Assembly: GCA_000708835.1 (NCBI GenBank)
Contig: DF237737.1
Location: 1-34,095, forward strand
DNA length: 34,095 bases
Origin: Klebsormidium nitens
Lineage: Eukaryota; Plantae; Klebsormidiophyceae
Direction of reading: 5' to 3'
The notes under the pieces were generated by a model, which was not told the origin of the DNA, did no database searches, and saw only the letters and a list, made by a program, of their open reading frames with translations. A program made the translations under genes and the position numbers. Below, piece after piece: positions 24,201-32,959 of this stretch (its first letter is position 1; the number at the start of each line of letters is the position of its first letter).

Positions 24201-26768
24201 CCTTTACATTTAAAGTGTTCATAGTCTCTCCCAACGGCTTGAAACCTGATATGGATTTTTCATTACTCGCAGATGCTGTCGGTCGAGCCAGCCAGCACCG
24301 TGCCCGACCAGGAGCGTTGCGTCACTAGCGACAGCCGAGGCTGGCGCTGCCCCCGCCCGCACCTGCCCGGCTCGCAGAAATGCGACCGGCATGACACTAG
24401 CAACCAGCCCAGGTCAGTGACAAACCTGGTCCCATTTTACATTACATCCAAGTATCAATGTCCAAATTCCGAGAGCCTGGGGATTCGTTTGGCAGAATGC
24501 TGCCGAGGACAGAAACGTTTCTTTGGCAACGTACTGGAGAGAGTGATCTGGAGGTTCTAAAGTTCGATCCGAGAGTCAGTCGTGCCGTCTTTGCCGCTGG
24601 GAGATACTCGGCTTTTCTCTGCTTGATTCTCGCAACGAACTGCAGAGAATGATGTCAGGGTCCTGGAGTTGGATCCAAAAGTCAGGTGTGCCGTCTTCAT
24701 CTTGTTGAGGGGCTCCGTTTTTCTCTGCTTGAGTTTGCTTAAAACAAGGAGTTTAATCAAGCAGTGACCCACAGGCAAGATAGGTTGACTCTGAGCTCCT
24801 CCTTCGAAGTAGGCACAAGCGAGTTATCAATCAAGAAGTAGCACACCGCGCAGGGACTCAAGACACTCTTTTGACCATAATATGCAAGCACCGAGTCATC
24901 GAAGGAAGCACAATCGAACATACCCCTCCTCGAGACTCTCTTCCATCCTGCATAATGGCTTGTCTGACTCTTCCACCCATCTTCTCCATCTCAGAAGCTA
25001 CACCAAATCAGAGACGAGCTCGCGCCGCCCCGAGGAGGCCGCCACCGCCGACTCGTGCCCCCCCTTCGTCGACCCCCTGGAACCCTTCAAGCCGAAGAAG
25101 CACTTCGGCTTCCGCGGGCGCACCAGCTTCCGTCCCGAGCACATGCAGCACCTCGCGCTGCGTCCCCCGGGCGCGTCCCCCGACCCGAAACCAGAGGGGG
25201 ATCCCCCTCCGGAAGACCCACCTGGGGACCAACCGAGGGAGGGCTTTTTGGATCCCGAGGAGTTGCTGCAGCTTGCCAAGGCGCGGCAGCTGAAGCGCGC
25301 GCGGTCGGCGCGGCGGCACGGGCCGGAGGTGCCCGGTACGAACGGCCCGGGGGCCGATGCGGGTGGGTCTGGAGGTCCAGGAGTGTCCGGGGGATCCCCC
25401 GGAGAGGTAGCCGGAGAAACGAGAAACGGGGGTGGGGAGAGCGGATCCGAGGAGAGATTGAAGCGGGCGAAGCTGTCGCCTGGGGAGGATATGGCCGAGC
25501 TTTTGACGGGGGATCCAACGGGGGTTTTGCAAGACGGGCGACAACCGAACGGGCCAACCGGGCAGCTTGCGGGGGTTAAGGGGCTTGGGGTTAAGCAATC
25601 GGTGACCAATCCTCCGATTCCTGGAGGGTTTGTACAAATGGTTCAGTCGGCGGCCCAGACCGAGCCCCAGAGATCCTCCTTTGGCGAGTTTGGGGCCAGG
25701 GTTGACGTGGCAAGGCTTGACCCCGTTGGGGTTAACCCCTTCGCCGCTAACCCGGTTCTTACCAGCACAACCCCCCTCAGCAGTACCTCGGTTCCACCGT
25801 TGATAAGTCCAGGGCCCAGTCACTGGGCGGGTCGAGCGGTCGGTACAACTCCGCCGTTGACGGGGCCTTGGGAGGTGCCCGGACGTCCGGAACCAGCGGG
25901 CTTTTTGAACAACGGCGTCGCCCCGTTTGTTGACATAGGGGGGCCCCTACAGCCGCTGACTTACAGGCCGCAAAATGGGCTGACCTCAGCTCCCGAGCGG
26001 GGTGAGGTCAGCACGGCGAGCCAGGTTGGGATTAGTGGGGATGAGAGCACTGGCTTTCTGTATGGGCCTGTCGTTCTACACGAAGAGAAACAAGTGAACG
26101 GAATAAACGGAACGCAGAGCGGCCCGTACACAACGTACCTCGGGCCGGCCGTCGTGCCCTTGCCAGGCGGTGCGAACGAGCTCGCCGGCACGAACGTTGC
26201 CGCCTATTTCGATGAGCCGCACTCCCTGCTAAATAATGGTGCCCCTCTTCCTGTTGTGTCGGATCTTGCGATGAAGCTGGATCAACCGGGGAGAGAAGGA
26301 AATGGCGCCAAAACGAACGGGACGAACGGCGTGCACCGGGCGTCGTCGAAGCGGGAGAATAATAGCGGGATGGGGGTGACGCGGAGCCGGGCGATCGAGG
26401 ATGGGCTTCCCGTGGGCCGAACGTACACGTTACCGGTCGAGCTGAAGCTCCCGGTGGAGTTGCGGCAGCCGATGGAGCTGCAGCCGTTTGTTCAGCGGGG
26501 GAAGCGGCAGACGACCAAGAAGAAGAAGCGCATCCCGCCGCCGATCGACGGCATTGATGACTCGATGCGGTGCACAAAGACGGGGGGTTCCGGGTGGAGG
26601 TGCAACCAGAGGCGGTTGGAGGGGTATGCAAAGTGCGAGCGGCATATGGAGATTGTAGCAAAGAGATCAAGGGTCGAGGCGACCAAGCCCGCCGAGGATG
26701 CCCCAAAAGAAGGCCCTGAAATGCGGGGTCCCGAGAACGAGGTTGCGATGGTTGAGGAGGTTAAGTAG
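18248..26768 (+). CDS. Large low-complexity protein with two WRC zinc fingers and N-terminal CxxC pairs, about 1668 aa, 5 exons
   Basis: join(18248-19648,21466-22895,23463-23724,24273-24412,24995-26768). All junctions GT-AG and phase-compatible (total 5007 nt), linking the 473, 479, 134, 95 and 628 aa ORFs. The start codon is uncertain; upstream exons cannot be excluded. Confidence 0.75.
24318..24392 (+). other. WRC zinc finger 1
   Basis: CVTSDSRGWRCPRPHLPGSQKCDRH = C-x9-C-x10-C-x2-H with the WRC core. Confidence 0.85.
26571..26645 (+). other. WRC zinc finger 2
   Basis: CTKTGGSGWRCNQRRLEGYAKCERH = C-x9-C-x10-C-x2-H with the WRC core. Confidence 0.85.
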
Positions 26769-27703
26769 GATAGTGCTGATGGACAGCTTCGTTGACTGAA
26801 GCACAACAGTCTTCTTCAATGATTGCCGGCCTTGAGCGGACCTTTCAATGGTTGTCTCACTGATGGTGGTGTTTTTTGTGTAAAACGCAACATATGACAG
26901 GAACCGAGTCGGTTTTGTGATGAGCACCTTCCGTTCTCGACCCTCCTATATGGTCGTGTGTGGTTCTACCAGATTGAGGCATGCATGGAGTGTGATTTGA
27001 CATGTCAGTAAGCTGAGCCGATTCGTCCTCTCATGAGCCTCTTAAGTTAAGTAAGCCACTCCATGATGCGCACGGGCTCGGAGCCACTGAGGCGCGTTTG
27101 CTCATGCAACATGCATGATGGGCGTGGCGGCTCTTGCATGGTGACCCCCACATTGTATTGAAGAGATTGATTGGTAGCACCCATGTAGACAACGACAAGT
27201 TGCAGCGCTGCACGACTCGTGATTGAGCGGCCGCCCACGTTGCTTACAAGTCTATTTATATTTAGCAAGGGCTTAAATAGATTGACGAAACCATTTTGGC
27301 TTATTCATAAGCTTTCCAGCCAAGCGCTAAAGACGGCATGCATGAGGATAGACAAGCAGGGCGCCGCACGGCCAATAGACTGCAGAGAAATGTTCAAGTG
27401 CCTTTTTTGGGGGGCAAACTACTAGCCATCATCATCAGCATTGGTGTTATGCAATGATGTTGGTATCCTCGTCCTGTTGAAGGCTTCTCGAGTCTCGACT
27501 CTGCCTCGACGCTCATTGATCGCGACTCGCGAAGCCGGCGTGTGCCGTGGTTTGGTTGTATTAGCACCCTCTGGGATGTCGGGCTCCCCCGAGCCAAGCC
27601 ATCAAGCCAATTTGATCTGCCCAGGCCATGCAGTGCGAATAACCTAACAACCACACTGAGTGATGGTACGCTTGCGGCTTGCCGGTACACGGTGGGGTAC
27701 CTA

Positions 27704-27835
27704 AAAACCGAGGAATGCACTTGCAACCAATCAGAAGAGCAGCAGCGAAACTTAAATCACCGGCAGACCCTCCGATATAGAGGTTTGGGGGGTCACCGAC
27801 GGCCGGATCTCATCGTTCTGCGCCCGAATACACCG
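27704..27835 (+). repeat. 132-bp direct repeat, outer copy (putative split direct repeat B2)
   Basis: aaaaccgaggaatgcacttg...cgcccgaatacaccg; one mismatch to 28811-28942 (aaacttaaat vs aaactaaaat). Confidence 0.95.
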
Positions 27836-28029
27836 TACGGGGCGCAGGTGAGACGTCGTATACGGCCGCGGTTAAGTAGCACTGGTACCGGTTGCCGGTC
27901 AGCGCGGTCTGAGGGTCGCCGGTGTCGCCGCGGTCGTTGCGCGCGCGGTGGAGTCAAGGTTGTACGGCATATAAGGCGCGCATTAAATGCGAGCGGAGAC
28001 TGCGGGGACCACTTAACCACTGATTGGCA

Positions 28030-28144
28030 GTACTGGAGTGGTCAGTGGTCAGTGAACTGCAGTAGTGCAGTACTGCGCGGTCACTGGACTGCAGTAGTGC
28101 AGTACTGCGCGGTCAGTGGACTGCCGTCAGTGGACTGCCGTCAG
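28030..28144. repeat. CAGT/ACTG-based short tandem repeats in the element
   Basis: actgcagtagtgcagtactgcgcggtca at 28056-28083 and 28088-28115; gtcagtggactgcc x2 at 28112-28139; gtggtca x2 upstream. Confidence 0.85.
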
Positions 28145-28325
28145 AGCAATAGAGTAGTAAGCAGTGCTTATTAGTAAGAGGACATTCCTGGAGGTTGAGG
28201 CGGCGCTGCTTTTTGATGAGAAGAAGTGGTGGTGCATACAAGCCTTGGAGTGGGCGCTGTAGGAGGCCTCTCCATTGGCTTGATCTATTGATCCTGCGGC
28301 GTTAGGGGAGTGAAAATATTCTGTA

Positions 28326-30141
28326 ATGATGGCGGAGCCAGGGTTAGCGGTCGTGCCAGTGGGCGGGGTTGGGCAGGGGCAGGTTGGCTTGGCTGTGGAT
28401 GAAAAAGAGAGGTGAGTTTATGTGTTTCGCATGGTTTAAGGGTGGGTTGGGTGGGTCGAAAATTTTCAATTTTCTCGTCTCCTTGGAGCGCCCCTTCTGG
28501 CGCCTCCCCTTTTGCGCAATCAACTTGAACAAAGCGCAATTAGGACGACGCTTCTTCAAGGCGCCAACCCGCCAGTCTGACGCGGCCGGGCTTAAGGAGG
28601 TTCAGGGTTTTAATTAATTGCAGCGTGGCCGGCTAGGCGGCCGGGCCTATTGGCGGCGTGCGACTTGCAGTTCTACCGGTCTCTGCAGGCCCAGCGTGCC
28701 TGCAACTTATAGCAGCTTAGCATTCCCCGAGCCTAAATCCGGTAGAAGGCTACGTTCTCTCTGAGCCGCACAATCTCCCATCAAGCGGCCGGCGAACATT
28801 CCCCTGCCTGAAAACCGAGGAATGCACTTGCAACCAATCAGAAGAGCAGCAGCGAAACTAAAATCACCGGCAGACCCTCCGATATAGAGGTTTGGGGGGT
28901 CACCGACGGCCGGATCTCATCGTTCTGCGCCCGAATACACCGCCCCAAAAATGCCAATTGTCACCAGACAACAGTTATTGACAAATAAGTGGGCTTACTT
29001 GCTGCAGGCGGGAGTTCCAGGCGCGGTGTCAGGCTCACGTTCTCTCCGTGCGCGGGATCCATGGCGGGCGTGGTGGGGGCACGAGCTCAGTTTGGAGCGC
29101 GGCCGAAACAAATGCGTTGTACGCCAGGGCCTTGACGGAGTTCGGGGAGATGGCAGAACGGAAGGTTTCGGCAGCTGCGAATAGCTCGCGCAAGCGGACT
29201 GCAGAAGAATTCGCAGCGTTCCTTGGTCGGAACCCTTACGGGGTTAGCATTGAGACCGCTTCTCCTGCGGACGTCGGTGCTTTTATCGTCAGTGACTGGC
29301 TGCCCCGACACAGCGGGAATTGCAGGACGGTGCTGCCGTCTACTGGAAAGACGGTGGCTTCTGCTTCTGCTGTGAAAGGGGTCGTGAAGGACCTGTCAAA
29401 AACATACACGTTGTTGGGGTACGCCGCCGGGCACGAGAACCCGGCCAAGTCAGAAGTTGTTAAGTCTTATCGGGACGGCTACGAGCGTTGCCTGCACGAC
29501 GAGGATGTGAAGGTCCAGCGCGCCAAGGTTTTCACCGAGGTGAAGTTGGATGCGCTGCTTGCGCACATGGCCGACCGCGTGAAGCAGGAGACGGACGCTC
29601 TGGAGCTCTGTACGCTGCTGATGGACCAGGCGGCCGTGTTGTACCTGTGGGAATCGTTAGCTCGGGGCAAGGAGTGCGGTGCGCTGAGCGCGCGAGAAAT
29701 TGAAGGAGGAGCCGCTCCTGCAGCGTACCCTGGTTGGAGCAAAACTGTTCACAAGAACCCAGTGCGCGTAGTCCGTTGGCCCAGGCTGGGACGGGAGTTA
29801 GGCTCACCTTCGTCGAAGCTGCTGCACAACTGATTAAGGGTTTGGAGATCCTTGGCGACCCGAGTCCAGAGGACGGTTACCTGTTCAGGGCGCAAAATCG
29901 GCAACGAACCGGATTCTCGCCGGGTCCAATTTCGAGCGCCTGCCTGCGGAAGCGAATTCAACGACGACTGCAGCAGGCAGGGTTGTTTGAGGGGGAGACC
30001 CTGCATAGTTTCCGTAGGTCAGCAGTGCAGCATGCGGCAGTCAACCTGAACTATAACGTGAAGCAGTTGATGGAGTTAGGGCGTTGGAAAAGTTACTCTG
30101 CCTTCAAGGTCTATGTAGAAGAAATCTGGCATCGGCGCTAG
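28326..30141 (+). pseudogene. Tyrosine recombinase of the retroelement; predicted join(28326-28411,29008-30141) with a 1-nt frameshift near 29750
   Basis: Catalytic set R (LARGKE), K (SKT), HxxR (HSFRR), GRW and Y (FKVYV); N-terminal 'NPAKSEVVKSYRDGY'. SKTV and QEPSAR lie in frames offset by -1. Exon 1 ends AG|GTGAGT and joins in phase to the ttgctgcAG|G acceptor. Recombinase identity is strong; exon 1 is a prediction. Confidence 0.8.
28811..28942 (+). repeat. 132-bp direct repeat, inner copy (putative B1), inside the predicted recombinase intron
   Basis: 131/132 identical to 27704-27835. Confidence 0.95.
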
Positions 30142-30255
30142 AGAACAGTTACAATTGAATGTTAATTGTCAGATGTTACTCCGTGTTCTCACTATGCTAC
30201 CTGTGCGCTCATGTATCTGATGCACTGCCACATTACTCCGCAATTGCTTTGTCAA

Positions 30256-30753
30256 CTACCATGTTATCAGGAACGCCTGCAACTTATACAGCGCTGGATT
30301 GGCCGTCCCTTTGGGGACCCGATGACTAGGCGTGCATGTGTCCGTGCTGTGTGGCAGGATCACCGGTCCCCTCACTGATGCTCGCTTGTTGATGCCGCTC
30401 AGCGCCAGCCACCAGTTGGTTGCCGGCGCCTCTGGGACTATGACCACGCAGCTGGTTTCGAAGCGCTGGATTGCCGTCACGACTTCGCTAAGGAGTCTCA
30501 CTGGTGGAAAAATCCAGGCTATCTCTCCGGGTGCCAGCACGTCCCGCCAGTCGACCCGCAGCGCATCTGCTGCGATGCAGCCGGGAGTGATGTGCTGGCT
30601 GAAGAACCGATCGGACAGGTGCCACGTGTCCGACGCAAACAGGTCCAGCGCTGGCTCCACGCCGAATTCCCCCTTGATTCTGCGTACCTGCCCCGCACTC
30701 AACCCCCAGTCGGAGCTGTCCTGGAATTTGCTAAGGTCATCTTCTTCCTGCAT
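30256..30753 (-). CDS. DIRS-type DNA N6-adenine methyltransferase-like domain (C-terminus of pol, in frame after a premature TAG)
   Basis: LDLFAS, AWIFPP and VPEAPATNWW motifs as in DIRS MT domains; same frame as the RT ORF, separated by one stop (VVAQ*KPRLEMQEEDDLSK). Confidence 0.8.
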   Translation of the reverse strand: MQEEDDLSKFQDSSDWGLSAGQVRRIKGEFGVEPALDLFASDTWHLSDRFFSQHITPGCIAADALRVDWRDVLAPGEIAWIFPPVRLLSEVVTAIQRFETSCVVIVPEAPATNWWLALSGINKRASVRGPVILPHSTDTCTPSHRVPKGTANPALYKLQAFLITW

Positions 30754-30768
30754 CTCTAGGCGCGGCTT

Positions 30769-32508
30769 CTACTGGGCCACTACGTCGAAGTCCCCCCCCA
30801 CGCACAGCTCAAACAGCTGTCTGAGCGCGGCGTTGACGTCGGGGGCGCGGCTATTCATGGCGTTCACCGCCCTGACCGCCCCTTGGTTGTCTCCCTTCAG
30901 CAGCACCGCGGCTCCCCGCAGCACCTCCCCCGCTCGCTCGTGTGCTTCCGTCAGCACCCGCAGGAACGCCACCGTTTCCCTTGCCGTGCTGGACATTTTC
31001 CTCTCGTCCTCCGAGAGGGTCCCGACAACCGAGAGCTTCTCGCCCCCGGGGATCTGAATGGTGCCTCCAAAGCCGGTTTCCGACGCGTCCGAACCAGCCT
31101 CCGCCGTTATGCAGCGCGGGAACCAGCGCCTGCCGTTCCATTCCGGCAGCCGCTGCAAGAACAACTCCGTTGTCCGCTTCGCTGCCTGGGGCGTTGAGAA
31201 GACGTCATCCCACGTCAGCTTCCCTTGGATTGCTGCGAAGAACGGCCGGCTATAGAGGGACGCCGGCAGCACTGCCGGGCTGACGGAAATCACCTTCCCC
31301 GCCACCTTGGCCAGCTCCCGGGGCGTGACGTCAGCGCTCTCTGCCAAACCCCTTAGCGCCGCCCGCAGCTTCTCCATCTTTGCAGGGGCTACGGCGAAGC
31401 GCTGGGCTACCGTCTCGATGATAAACCCCAGCCAAGGCCCCTCTTGTTGCGGCCAGAGGTTGCACTTGGGGATGCTGAGGACCGCTCCGCACAGCGTCAG
31501 AAGCTTGATGATGAAGATCGTCGCCCACAGACAGCGGTAGAAGTCGATGTCCCCTGTGAGCCCGTCGTCGAGGTAGCTCGAGACGGGCACCGCTCGCAAT
31601 CGGATCTCCTTACTCAGCTCCTGGGTGAGGAGAGTGTAGAGGAAGCAAGCTGCCGACCACCCGAAGCACATCGCGTTGTAGTGCATGTAGACTTCTCCGA
31701 TCTTGATCCCGAAGTACTTGCGGTAGGCCGGGTTAATCAGGACGTGGTAGTACCCGGCCTTGAAGTCCCAGGTCGTGAAGAAGGAGGCCTGCGTCAGAAA
31801 CGTGAGGACCTCGCGCAGCGTCTCGTACTTGAAAGCGTGCTTCTTCGAAAACAGGTTGACGTAGCGGGCGTTTACCACCAGCCGCCCCTTGGGGAGGTTA
31901 ACCACTCCGAGTGGGTTGACCACCTTAGGCTTGCCGTCTCCCGGGCCGTACACGTGCAGGGTACCGTTTTGGACCATCTTGACTGCTTCCCCCACTGCGA
32001 ACGGGGCGTTGTCGTAAAAGGACTGGTGGTTCCGGAATTCGACCTGATGGGGAACTTGTCCGTGAAGCAAGTCGTCCACTTCGAGGGGTTTGACGGTGCG
32101 GGCGAGCATCGCCCTAACTTGCTCGCGTTTCTTGGGCTCCGCTTCTTCGGTGCCCACAAACTGAGGTTTTATTCCCGCAGCGAGCATCTTAAGGACCCGT
32201 TTCGAGGACTCCCGTTTGGAGTCTTTCAGCAACTCTTGCCAGGCCGGGAGGTGCCGCCCAAAGCTGCCGGCCACAAACTTCTCCGGGTCGGACGTGTGGT
32301 CTCCGACGTTCCTCACCCAGGTTTCCAACTCCCCTTTCATTTCGGCGGACATTTCTGATCCCCCCGCCGGGCCTGGTGCTGTGCGCAGGACTTCTCGCAC
32401 AGCTTTCCGAAGTTGCTCTAGATCTGGGATAGGGGCCTGCCTGACCTTTGATCCCGGCAAAGAAAGCGTGTGTGCAGGCGTCGAGCGCCACGGACACGCC
32501 TTCTGCAA
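30769..32508 (-). CDS. Reverse transcriptase plus RNase H (DIRS-type pol), truncated by TAG at 30769-30771
   Basis: RT motifs WDFKAGYYHV, CFGWS and YLDDGL; RNase H GSDASETGFGG, STARET and GDNQGAV. The true start may be the later ATG (MSAEMKGE). Confidence 0.93.
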   Translation of the reverse strand: MQKACPWRSTPAHTLSLPGSKVRQAPIPDLEQLRKAVREVLRTAPGPAGGSEMSAEMKGELETWVRNVGDHTSDPEKFVAGSFGRHLPAWQELLKDSKRESSKRVLKMLAAGIKPQFVGTEEAEPKKREQVRAMLARTVKPLEVDDLLHGQVPHQVEFRNHQSFYDNAPFAVGEAVKMVQNGTLHVYGPGDGKPKVVNPLGVVNLPKGRLVVNARYVNLFSKKHAFKYETLREVLTFLTQASFFTTWDFKAGYYHVLINPAYRKYFGIKIGEVYMHYNAMCFGWSAACFLYTLLTQELSKEIRLRAVPVSSYLDDGLTGDIDFYRCLWATIFIIKLLTLCGAVLSIPKCNLWPQQEGPWLGFIIETVAQRFAVAPAKMEKLRAALRGLAESADVTPRELAKVAGKVISVSPAVLPASLYSRPFFAAIQGKLTWDDVFSTPQAAKRTTELFLQRLPEWNGRRWFPRCITAEAGSDASETGFGGTIQIPGGEKLSVVGTLSEDERKMSSTARETVAFLRVLTEAHERAGEVLRGAAVLLKGDNQGAVRAVNAMNSRAPDVNAALRQLFELCVGGDFDVVAQ

Positions 32509-32938
32509 GCGGATCTGTGGCTGTGTCTGGCTGCAGCTCCTCGAGCTCTTTGTCGGGCCCGCTACCCGCCAGCTCCGTGGCGTTATGAGGCGCTTTGGGC
32601 AACCCGCTCGGGTTTTCTGCCTGCGTCACGTTTTGGTCACGCTCGAAGGCGTCTGGGGGCCCCTCAGATTTCTTTCCAGGGCTGTCGACTTTTGCTCCGC
32701 CCTGCTCGCTTTGGGGGAGCGTTTTGTTCTCGCCCTTCGGGGCCGCTCCGTTTCGAGCCGGCAGTTCGCCACTTCGTGGCGCGACCGCTTCTGCGTTTTC
32801 CTCCGAGCCACGTGGCGGGGTTTGCGCCGGGTCGGTGGCTGTGACGCCTTGCTCCGTGGCCCTGGTGAATTCATTGTGAAGTTCAGTTTGAATAGAGCCG
32901 CAGCGGCGGTCTCGGGGAGCCAGGAAAAAACGCACCAT
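32189..32938 (-). CDS. ORF1 (gag-position ORF) of the retroelement, 249 aa, no recognised domain
   Basis: Upstream of and overlapping pol in a different frame, as is usual for DIRS; low-complexity acidic/Pro-rich. Identity inferred from position only. Confidence 0.45.
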   Translation of the reverse strand: MVRFFLAPRDRRCGSIQTELHNEFTRATEQGVTATDPAQTPPRGSEENAEAVAPRSGELPARNGAAPKGENKTLPQSEQGGAKVDSPGKKSEGPPDAFERDQNVTQAENPSGLPKAPHNATELAGSGPDKELEELQPDTATDPLAEGVSVALDACTHAFFAGIKGQAGPYPRSRATSESCARSPAHSTRPGGGIRNVRRNERGVGNLGEERRRPHVRPGEVCGRQLWAAPPGLARVAERLQTGVLETGP

Positions 32939-32952
32939 TCGCCGGCCAGTTC

Positions 32953-32959
32953 TTATATA
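32953..32959 (-). promoter_or_regulatory. TATA-like box (TATATAA) upstream of ORF1/pol
   Basis: Plus strand ttatata reads TATATAA on the minus strand, about 15 nt upstream of the ORF1 ATG. Confidence 0.35.

Noticed and set aside
27395-27425. GC hairpin plus CTAG as a Helitron 3' end
   Set aside because: Weak stem, not followed by T, and no matching 5' TC end or RepHel sequence.
27704-28942. 132-bp repeats as LTRs of a TRIM or Ty element, or as a CRISPR array
   Set aside because: No TG..CA termini, PBS or PPT, only two copies, no cas genes; context fits split direct repeats better.
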